A stretch of 61,070 bases of DNA from Harriotta raleighana (Eukaryota), in the NCBI GenBank assembly GCA_050575255.1, contig JBNZDD010013650.1, positions 1,814,055 through 1,875,124 on the forward strand. Direction: 5' to 3'. A program made the position numbers and the translations under genes. The notes below the pieces were generated by a model that was not told where the DNA came from, did not search any database, and saw only the letters and a program-made list of their open reading frames with translations. Shown here in pieces: positions 41,440 to 53,400 of this stretch. Each line of letters starts with the position of its first letter. The first letter of the stretch is position 1.

Positions 41440-44400
41440 AGGGAAGCTGAGGAGTGCATGGCGCATGGGGTGGTGAGGGGTGTAGGAGATTTGGAACACC
41501 GCAAAATTGATTCAGTATCTGAAAATGTTAAACAATGTGTGCTATTATTCCATTAAAATGTGTACCAATCCTAAAAAAAATTGCTAGTTCTTAAAATATA
41601 CAAATTGAACAACACAGTAACGATCTGCTAAACTATTAGATGTGATTGTCTGTGCTTTCTTACCTTGCAGCAAATTGGGCAGCAATGGTAGAAACTCCTG
41701 ATAGAGGAGATCATGGCTGCCGCCACCAATGGATCTGAAAAGAGCTCGAAGCAACAAGAAATAGTTGTATGGCTCTTTAGCTGTTTGAGCGAGCTCCATT
41801 GAACTGTTCACAATCTTGTGTAAATGAGGCTAAAAAACAAAACAATAAACATTGTTAATTTAGTAATTACTTCAGAGATGGCTATCTGTATTCATTGGGA
41901 CCAGCACAAATAATTGGACATTAGCTGGGCCAATAGAAAAGTGCGGCCACACATTTTCTGGTACAATGGTCCCCCGCCCACCACAAACCCGCCATAAATG
42001 TTTCTGGGCTGTGGGCCGCTCACATCACTGTGGCCAGGGCAGCTCCAGACACACATGTGCAGTCGAGGACAAGCAGTAAATGGGCTACACTCAGAGACCT
42101 CACTGCTGTGATTGTCTATGTATGACTCCATGTCAGTCTGTCTATGTGTGTGGGTGTTTATGAGTGTCTCTGCGTGAATATGCGTCTCTCTGTCTGTTTG
42201 TGCATGGCTTTGTGTCTTGACTCTCTGTGTGTCTCTGACTGTATGTATATATATCTGTGTCTGTAAATGTATGTATCTGCCTGTGAATGTGCATGTCTCT
42301 CCGTGTCTGTGAATGTGTCTCTGTGATTGTGAGTCTCCACCACATTCTCACCTTCACTATGCCTATTTCACTCTCAGTATCCCCATCTCTCACCCTATTT
42401 CATTCTCACTTGCACAGTGTAAAAGTGCTTACCTCACATAACCAGGAACAAAAAGCCCTGTTGTGAGTCTGTGTAAAGTTGGACAAATGCCCCAAAGTAT
42501 ATTAGGGATGCAATTTATGTGATTTAGCGATCGGAGCAACTAAATCGCATCATTAGCAAGCTCAATTGTATGTTCACAATAGGACTTTTGGGGTTGGTAT
42601 TTCACAATCCCAAATCAAATTCTGCAACAAAGCCCACTGCAAATAAAAGTGCATGCAGATAATTGGAGTATGGATTCCCAGCAGTCTACTGTTTCTCACT
42701 GGATCAATACATTTAAGAATTAAATAGTTTATGCATTTAATAGAAGCCATTGCTAAACAAAAAATTATACTGACATGTTGGTATTAGGAGACTTCATTAC
42801 TCATTCAATTGTCTACAGGTCAAAACAGTCATTCTCTAACCAGTAAAATAACATTAAAGTGTAGATTTAAGAAGGTATGAAAATCAATTCATTTAAATTG
42901 CAGTTACACCTCATTAAATTCATTCGACCTTGGATGTTCTGACAGTGGGGAAGAATTAAGTCACTTTCTTTCAATAAAAACTACTTTAAAATGACCTTCA
43001 TACAACAAAATTATACATCAAACCATTAATCACTGAAGGAAGTCATATTTTAAACAGTCACACCATTTATATTAGTCATCATTTAATATCTTACTGGTTT
43101 CACAAACAAGAACAAAACGTTCTCAAAAATTATACAAGAAATCTGAAGTTTTCATTTTACTTGTACTATCCTTATTAAAACTACTGGAAACAATATGTTA
43201 TTGTTCAATTATGAAAGAAGGGCAAAAACAACCAATATTAATCTCACACCAAAAGACACCACACAGCTCACTTCAGGAGCTACAATCGATCATAAATGTT
43301 CTTGGCTCAAGAGTGAAATATAAATCAAGCTTGATTCTGGGATCAAATTATTAATAACAATAATAATAATAATAACCCTTGCATTTGATATAGCGCTTTT
43401 CACATCTTATCAACGTCCCAAAGCGCTTCACAGAGTATACTGTAAAGTGAATTGACTGTATATTTGTGGGCGAAACGCGGCAGCCAATTGCGCACAGCAG
43501 TGTCCCACAAACAGTCATGGATTGAAATGACCAATTTTATTATTGTAGTTTTTTTGGGGGGAGGGATTATTATTAGGCATGTGGAGTAAGGAAACTTGCC
43601 CAAGGTTTTGCCCTGATCTGCCTGGATTCGAACACAGGCCTCATGCTTGTAAGGCATGTAAGGCAAGTGCTCTAACCACTGAGCCACAGGAGGCCGGGTT
43701 ACTAAACTCTTCTAGATTTCAGGTTTCAACACTAAAAATACATACACAAAAGTCCCCCCTTTCTTTAGTTTTAAGAAGTGTATAGCCATTATTGGCTGCT
43801 TCACTAACTGCTTTACCCGGATAATGGCACGATATTCAATCCAAACCTCAGAGATTACAAAACGACAGTCGAAGCATTTTATAAAAAACAGCAGAAACCA
43901 AAAGGATTTTTTTAAGTGATAGATTAGTCTTCAAAAGAAGTTCACATACTTCACATACAAAACAGCTATCACCAAAAGCAGAAAATCACCTGGGACATGC
44001 ATGCATCTTTTAAGAAATCTGCACCAAACAGTTTGCTATTGTGAGATCACAGCAATGTCTAGCTCAAGGTGAAAAGAAATGATGAAGAATTATTTTCTTA
44101 AGTACACACAGAAAAATTGTTTCCACAAAACCAAAAAAAAGTGCCTATGATTGACATATGGAGAAAAAAATTACTTTCCAAACTAAGAAAGCATCTCCAG
44201 AAGGTTGCAGTTTAAAAAAAACTCAAGCTTTTGAGGAAATATTTTGTTTTTCCTCCACAAGTTTGTACACTCACCAGAGAGCTGACATTACTGGAGCAAC
44301 TATGACTTAGATTTGAGCAACTCTACAGGGAGCCATAGAAGAAATCCATATCCTTTTCCATCCAATAGTGAACACATTTCCTTGCTCCAATTAACATCTT

Positions 44401-47400
44401 CATTAAACTGATGCTCTATTTAAGTGGGAGTAATCAGTGTCCTTGCTTTAGCATAAGTAATACACAATATAAATTTTAATTGAAGAGTTTATTGCCTTGA
44501 AAATGCAGGACTCATCATAGAATTTCAAGCTGCAAATACATCTTTCCACAAATGCATTTTAAAAAAAATGAATTTGCAATCTTTATGAACAGCGCAACTT
44601 TGCCCAAGGCTGCCAATATTGCTAGAAATATTATATTTCTGAAAGTTTAGATTGAAACTGGTTCTGCGATATGTCAGGCACCAGCAATTTACCATAGATG
44701 ATTCATACATTTAGTAAATCAACATTCAGCTGAAGAAAAAAAAATTAGAAAGTTATCTCTGAACCTCAAATACTCCATTGGCGAGAATTTTAAGTCCTTG
44801 TCATAATTTTTTGTATTAATCCTCCTTCCCTTACCTTCAGCATTTGTTCATTTTCAGCTGCAAAGAGAGAGACGGAGCCAAACACCAGTTTGAACAGCTT
44901 GAGATAAAGATTGGAGAGTTCCACGTTGGAGCCCATCTCTGGAAGTCGGTCCAAAAGATATTCCACCAGAATTGTCGCAAATAGAGCCGATGTCGAAGGG
45001 TTTGCCAAAAATGAGTTGGCCACAATCTTCAAACAAAATCAAAGTCAGACACACCAAGTGATCAAAACTCATATTCAAAATTACACCTGTTTAATCACAG
45101 ATGTTCGTATCTACTGCATTTCCTTGAGGAATTTTGCAAAAAATGCAAAATCCTTGCAAAAGAGAGATAAAATTCTAGGCTACCATTTAAATTATTCAGT
45201 TTAAAATGGGGACGCTGAATTCTAGCTGAATTCCCCTGAAGACATAACAACAACATACAAAATTACATTTGTATAGCGCCTTTCACGTTGGGAGGACATC
45301 CCAAGGCACTGGACAGTCAATGTTTCAGATCCGAGCTGGGGTCGGGAACGGTGAGGGTGGAGGAAAAGGACGGAATTTTGGGTTACCGATGGAACTGTCG
45401 AAGAGGAGGGTCTTGAGGCGAGACTCGAAGGAAGTTAGGGAGGGGCGAGGCAGCCGGTTGGATGGATTTCCAGAGGTAAGGGGCAGCGGAGCTGAAGGCT
45501 CGCCAGCTGATGGTGGAGCGAGTGGGTTGTGGGACATGCTGATCGGGCAGGTTAGAAGGCGGTTAGGTAGTCGCAGAGGTACAGTGGGGCAAGGCCACCG
45601 AGGGCTTTGAAGGTGAGGACCAGGATCTTGAATTGAATCATCTGGGTGATGGGGAGCCAGTCGGGCGAGAATGGGGGAGATGGAATCACGGAGCTTGGAA
45701 CGATAGAGTACACGGCCGCAGAGTTCTCGATGATCTGCAGCCTATGGAGGGAGGAATTGGGTAGGCCAGTAAGCAGGGCATTGGCATAATCGAGCCTGGA
45801 TGTGATGAAGGCATGAATGAGTTTCAGCAGCCTAAAAATGCATTGAAAATGCAAAACACTGGTTAACCTAGGATGTCTGAAATTTCTTTAAAACTGTTAC
45901 ACATTTAAGTAGCTTAAAAGATTCAAGTACTGATACAAAGCTGCCCTTCATCTGGCAAATTGAACTGCGCCAAATGACTACAAAATGACGTAGCTTAAAT
46001 CATTTCTCCCCCAAAGCAAAGATGTAACTATCAATCAATCTATCAAAATTACATTTATATAGCACCTTTCACATCGGGAGGACGTCCCAAGGCCCTGTAC
46101 AATCAGGCAGGGATCAGAGCGGGGGGGAGGGGGGGTGGTCGAGGGAAGGAAAGTAGGAAAAATTGACTGTATGTTTGTGGGAGAAACTATATAAAGATGT
46201 AACATTTCCATTAAAAACTGTACATTGAAAATTCACATCACCTGAAGAGCATAGTTCTTCGAGATCCTTTCAACCATGTATGGCACAGTTGTCTGAAATA
46301 TCTCTTTGAACGTCAAGGGATTCATCATAGTAAAAACACCAGCAAAATGTTCCAAAACTTCCTTCTCTTCCTTCATCCTTACTGTCTGGCAGTTTGCTAC
46401 TCGAATGTACGTTTGCCCATTCCCAGCTATTTGAACCTAAAACAATGTTAATTAAAATTAAGTTAAATTTAGTATGAATGCTAACAAACTTTAACACTTC
46501 CACAGATAATATCTTCTACTTTCTCTCACACACACACAAACATGCGCATGTTTTTATCTCATTCCCTCCACCATAAGGAATCGAACAATGTAAGCTTTCA
46601 AGTATAATGCAATATTGACTTTGTTCTAAAACTGCTGACGTTCAAAACAGACAGTAATTACAACATCTACATTCATCATTTCAAAAGTGCTTCAAAGGAA
46701 TACTCAGATATGAGTTTAAGCTTTTTTTTGAAAACATTATAATATCGAACTGCACTAAAACGCAGACTTCAAGTCAACCCAATTGATTCTGTGTTGATTC
46801 TCTCAAACACAGATGAAATCATTTTGTTTTAGGAAATAACATAGCTGGTTCATGACATGCGAGCATGCGACCACCAGGAAGCTGGAAGGCGAACTAAATG
46901 AACCTTGTTCTTTTTCGTCTAGAATTTCTTATATTGTTATGTAATTCTGCAGCACTTGCAGAGAAAGGGAAGGGTGGGATGTTCTGCCAATGTAGGCCTG
47001 CTGAGAATCACTGTTAACATTGACTCCCAGCAGACGATCAAATCATAGGTAGCATGAAATAGCCAGACTCAATCATGTTCCCACACTAGATTTTCCAACA
47101 GGGGTGATTATAAACTGATCAGGGGTAGGGAGGGTTAGGATGAAGGAAGGCAGAGGTAGGGGGGGTGACTGAAGGCAAATGATGATCTTTAAATCAAATT
47201 CAACTTTCACAAAGTCAGTATTTAATAATGCAATTAAAATGTGAAAGTTTTTAGTCTGAATGTGCTGAAAAATGAGGAATCTCCTTCTGAATGCCCTTTT
47301 AATCCTGTTTTTTTCTTCAATCTCTAAACATTTCAAAATAAGGATCAGATTGAATTACATAGATACATAAATAATAATTAGTTGCATTTGATATAGCGCT

Positions 47401-50400
47401 TTTCATGTCTTCTGGATGACTCAAAGCGCTGCACAGAATATACTGGAAAGTGAATTGACTGTATACTTGTGGGCAAAAACAGAACTTCTCAGTAAAATCA
47501 ATATCTATACCTGATAAATGTCCAAGGCCTGCATTGCGTATTTAACTAACTTGATATAAATTTGTGTTTCTTTGGGTTGCAACTGCTTATTCGGAATAAA
47601 AGATGCCTCTGAAAAATAATAGAAAATACATTATTATTAAGATTGCCAACACTTGCTTGTAGTAACCTTATAAAAACCTTTTAATGCAAAGTAATTTTAG
47701 CTGCCGTGTAAAGTAGCTCAGGCATTCTCTCTTAAGGTAATGTTGAGAGAGAGAAAGAGAAAATAGACACAAAAACAGGAAAATAATTTAGAAATCAAAA
47801 GAAAATGTTTGTGATTCATCGAAGACTGNAGCTGCCGTGTAAAGTAGCTCAGGCATTCTCTCTTAAGGTAATGTTGAGACAGAAAGAGAAAATAGACACA
47901 AAAACAGGAAAATAATTTAGAAATCAAAAGAAAATGTTTGTGATTCATCGAAGACTGCCCCAAAATGTACCTTTGTTGCATATCAGTGTATACTATATAC
48001 CATTGTAATTCACTCGGCCCACCACCATGAATCATTTTCACAACTCCTGACAACCGAAAATTATTTCTTCCCACACAGCAGAAAACATTGGTGAGGATAA
48101 TTGCAAGTAGTTTATGGATTTCCTATTGTTTAATTGAGCCAGAATTGTTTGGGAATCTTGTTATGTAATTATTAACTTTACCCATGAAAAGATCAATTTG
48201 ATCTGCAAAACAGATTTATGGAGTACAGTAAAACCTCGTTTATCCGGCACGCTCGGGGGGTCAACTAATTGACTCTGCCGGATAAATGGACAAGTCGCCG
48301 AAAACCCAACATAAAAATTAACTTATTTTTTAAAATATCATGTTAATAATAGACTAAATAGTAACAGAATTGTGTGTGGATACTTACCAATAAAGCATTC
48401 CAGCACAGTCAGGAAAAAAATCGTTAAACAGCAATTTTTTACCAACCGGTAAAAAACCCAAGTGAGTAAGTTTACTAAGTGCGCATGAGTACGCATTGCA
48501 CACATACGCAAAGTGAGCAATCTCGCGAATCTGGAATGGGGAATTGCCCCGGGAGGGGGTCAAGCAATTGAATCGGGTTACGGTTGATCGGGTCACGGAT
48601 GAACGAGGTTTTACTGTACTTTGTCAAATGCTTTGATGTATCCGTTTAATATTTTGTAAATATTCTACAGCCCAGTGGTTCCTTGCAAATGTTACTTTGT
48701 GAGGCAAAAATAATTCAACATAAAATGATAATAACTATCCCAGTTAGAAATATTCAAGTTAGCTACAGTATTTTACTATAATACTTGTATTTGATATAGC
48801 GCTTTTCACATATTCTAGACATCTCAAAGTAAGTGATAGTAATTTTGTTTTACAGAATACCCTATTACAATGTAGATGTGCTTATAACATGATTGGTTTG
48901 TGGACATTTTCTTTCTTAAAAATCAAAATCATGCCATTACATCCCATCATCATGAAAACGTGGCTGACATTGATGTAAACATTTCAAATAGACACTTTGT
49001 TCTTCAGCATTGTTTCACTAAATATCCAGTAACTATGAATCAAAGGGGAGGTTCCTCAAACAAGTAAGGGCAGGAGGAACATGAGAACAGTCAATTAATA
49101 AAATTTGGACTTTTTTTAATACGGTACCGAAGAAATACAATATCTACTAAAGTTTCCACTATTATTGCTAGGCAAATATTTAATTCATGAAGTAATTTTG
49201 TTTCACATTTGTTTATCTCCATAAGGCATCATTAGTAATAATATTAATAATCCTTGCATTTGACATAACACTTTTCACATCTTCTAGGCGCCTCAAAGCG
49301 CTTCACAGAATATACTGTAAAGTGATTTGACTGTATATTTGTAGGAGAAATAATAATGCTTGAATTTAATATAGTGCTTTTCACGTCTTCTGGACTCTCA
49401 AAGCTCTTCACAGCATTTGAATTAATTGTATATTTGTGGACAAAACAAATCATTGTCTGACTTATACAAAACTCCGACCAAACAAGATTTGCTTCATGTG
49501 CAGTCAACCTCAGACATTGCAACCGCTAGATCTTTCAAATCCTATCCACTTGTCATACAAAGGTTTCATTTAAGAAAAAATTCAAGAAAGAGTTATTCAT
49601 TATTCAATGAACATTAGCATAATTGTATCCCACTTAAGCATATCTGGCTCTCACCAAAATCACAAAACTGAACAGTAAGATGAGTATGTCAGAGTTGCTT
49701 TCGTTCCTGCTCCTTACCTCCAGGTGCTTTGCAAGACGTTATGCCCCATGTAATGGTCTTTACACCACAAACCAGGGTTTTCACCAAACTGCGGCAGTCT
49801 GACACTTGGAATGTCTGTTTTTCCTCTTTATCTTTATCCGCATGTTTTTCCAATACTGGGGCAGGAAGGGTTGGTGTAGCTGGTGTGGGTGGGGGAGCAG
49901 ATGTTGTGGGTGTAGCTTGGGATGCTGCAATAGGGACGTCTGTGGCTGTCAGTTCAGACTGAGGTTTGCATTTCTTAAAAATAGTGGAGAGTTGGTACCG
50001 GGAAATGGTGTGAAACTTTAACACGAAGACCTGAAATTAAGAGGCAATTTTAAATGTAGCAATTGCATGGAATCAGACATCAATTAAGAAATCTTCAATG
50101 ACAACCGGACAGACCACTGTTACTTCCATCTACGAATCAATCAATCAAAATTACATTTATGTAGCACCTTTCACGTCGGGAGGACGTCCTGAGGCGCTGT
50201 ATAGTCAAGTAGGGATCAGAGCGAGGGGAGGGGTCGGGGGAAGGAAAGTAGGAAAAATTGACTGTATATTTGTGGGCAAAACTACAAAATCTACAAAAGA
50301 TCAGCAACTAACAAATCAACCCTTTAAATACTTTCCCCAATGCACATCTCGTGTCTGCTGTGAAATTTATTGACAAAAGTTTTACAAATTCCTAACCATG

Positions 50401-53400
50401 TTTTCAGAGGACAACAATCAAAAGATCCATCAGAAAATGCAAGTTGAATACCGCCGATAAATGTGTTTAAGTGTACTTAACTCCTAAACTTAATTCAAAA
50501 TGTGTTTCCCCTTCACACAAGAATGTACTTGAATTTTGATTAAGGAAAAAAAACTAAGCTAAAAATGTTATTTTCAAACATTTAAAAATAAATCTAAACA
50601 TTCTAAAATTAAAGTATGTGATTTTTCTTCCAAATTCTGCTGCTCAATGGTTACATTTCCACGATCATCTATTTGTATAAGTCTAAATATTGTTCTATGT
50701 CATATGAGGGCTGGACTATATGACAATTGTTGCATGTGGTTTCATTTAAACAGATTATAATAGAAGATCCATGTGAGTATAGCACGTACCTCCAACATCC
50801 TCATGAGAATATCCCTTCCATTTCCATTCTCCTGCTCACTCTTGGAACGAATGCAATCGACCAGGTTTAGGAGAAGTTTACAAGACATTGTTTGGATACT
50901 ACTGGGTAACGATTCATCATCTATGTTCTTTGCAAACAGCTGGACAGCAAGAGCCAAGTCATTCAGAGGTAGGTGCTGGCGGACATGGTGTACAAGATCG
51001 GCTAATGTGCTGTAGGCCAGAGGTCTAGATTTACATAAAAAAGGCAAAAATTTAATACACAACAATGTTGATAAATGTTCATTCATAACCAGTTGAGTTT
51101 GTTATAAGGACAGCATTCAATTTGAGTGAGAGTAAGCAAACTAAGCAAGCACTATTCCATAAATAAAATTCTATTACATTTGACTGTTCTCCTACCTCAG
51201 CGTTTCCCGAGCTGTGTATCCTGAGCCAATTAGTACAGATTCATCAAAAAGTTTATCCATGCATGGAATGAATTCTGTAAAGTAAATTATTGGCATTATG
51301 TAGAAACTCACTCATTATATTTCAATAAAGAAGTTTCCTGCGTGAAATAACAAAATTAGCTATAGGATTTTAAAAAAACACTATTGTTAAAAAAAGAGGT
51401 TTCTCCCCAGTGTCCTGGCCAATATATTCTAAATAAAATTGGTTATTTGGTTCATGAATGTTTGTGGAACATTGCTGTGCGCAAAATGGTTGCAACGTTA
51501 ACCACAAAATACAAAGTCAGGCTCCCATTTGAAAAAAAAAGCCTTAATAAGCCATTAATCCAAAGCAAACTCTGGATCACTTAACCTTGCTTTCGCCTAG
51601 TACGTTATCTGCTTACCTAATGACTGTGGGTTGTGTCCTCTAAGGGAGAGAAAGAGTGCATATTCTATTTCAGCCACGTGGAAATTTCCTTTCTGAGATG
51701 ACATGCATATATGGCACTCTCAATCTGCTTTCAATACTTGTAAGCATGGTGATTACTTTCAGCGCCAGGCAACCAATTCAACAAAAAAAATGATGGTTTT
51801 ACTTTTGTTTCTGCTCTCTTTTTCCTTCTCCTCAATTTTCTTCCTCTTACATTGCCTCTTGATTTAGCTCACCCTTTCACCCATGTTATCTTGCTGGTGT
51901 CTTTGAATCCAGGTTTCTCAATCTACCCCCCACCCTGCCCCAAATCAAGGAAGCAAAATGGGATGGCAAAATAATCTGTGTAGGCCTCTCTTGCACATAC
52001 CCAATTACTGATTTTACATTACCAGCAGAATGCTTAAGAGAAAAACTCTTGCCTTGAGACAGAAGATTGTGGGTTCAAGTCCCCAATTCAAAACTTTCAA
52101 TTCACAGGCTGGAATACATATCCAATAAAATGCTGGTAATTGCTAATTTGTCAGAGATGCTATTCTTTTAAGGTTCTACTGCTTTTCAGATGGACCTTAA
52201 AGATTCTATGGCATTATTTGAAAAGAGAAGGGAGTTTCTCTCTGCCTTGTGCAACCCAAATAAAACTGATCATTCCTTTTTTTATTGTCTTTGAGATATT
52301 GCTGTGTACCACATTTGCCTACAAGTCTCTACACTTTACAATAAGTCTTGCAAAGCGCGTTGAGGTGCCATCCCAAAGTGAAAGGTTCTATATCAAATGG
52401 ACGTAATATTATTATTTATTACTCGGCCATAATTGAGTGTGGCCTGGGAAATGCAGGAAAGGGGAAAAAAAATTGAAAGACAGGGTTTTGTGTCCGCACA
52501 AAAGGAATACACGATTTTCTTTGGGATCTTCAACTGTTGAACCATTTTGAACAATATGATTTGAAACTACATACGATTCCGAAGGTCTGTGGTCAGAATA
52601 TGCTTGGCTGCGATTAACAATTCCTTTCGCAGGTGAGCTGTTTCTGAAGGACAGTTCGTCAAAAGTTGCAACATTCCTTTTACCATCTGATGTGAATATT
52701 TTCCAACTGACTCCTATAGGAAGGCAGTAAAAAAAAATGTACACAATCCTTTGCATGTATATTTTTAAAGCCGATATTTCCCATTCAGCAAACTCCCATC
52801 CCAGTATAAAAGTAACTTTACCAGTCCATCTCCTCGGGAATTTCCCTTTAGTTTACAATAAAATTTCCAGTAAAATAAATAGCATTTTTGCTTCTATTTC
52901 AGCATTTTCTGGCAAAGAAACTAGTTTGATCAATTTAATAATTAGAAAATACAATTAGAAAAAGTAACACAAAAGCTTTAGTAAATCAAAACACATTCAT
53001 TCTGCCCTACAAAACTCAAAGCAGTTATTAAAATGGACGTACCTGATAGATTCTTATGATATACGCAAGAAACGACAGTGTCTTAATCTGGGCAGCAATG
53101 AAGTCAGCATACAGTTCTTTGTTGTAAAGTTTATTTTGCCTGCAAATAATTTTTAAAAATATCACCTTGTAATACAGCTACATTTTTAAAACTAGATTAA
53201 ATATTCAGAATTTCCAATAGCACCAATTTCTAGAAGCAGTTGTTCTTGGTGCAGAAACTGTTACTGCATCACACTCCCCAAGATCTTTAGATAGTAATAA
53301 TCGTTGCTTTTGATATAAAACTTTATCATATCTTCGAGACGTCCCAAAGTGCTTCACAGAATATATTGTAAAGTGAATTGACTGTATATTTTGTGGATGA

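Noticed and set aside
41112-41556. Poly-Gly/poly-Pro ORFs and a possible G-quadruplex
   Set aside because: They come from a poly-G run next to an N; the length is unreliable and the region is intronic.
47699-47957. 130-bp tandem duplication and the ORF with repeated [14 protein letters not shown]
   Set aside because: The copies meet at a single N and differ only in a GA microsatellite: overlapping contig ends (probably two alleles), not biology.
44911-51015. Plus-strand ORFs opposite exons (e.g. 44911-45204, 49729-49962, 50773-51015)
   Set aside because: Antisense shadows of TRRAP exons with no independent gene structure.
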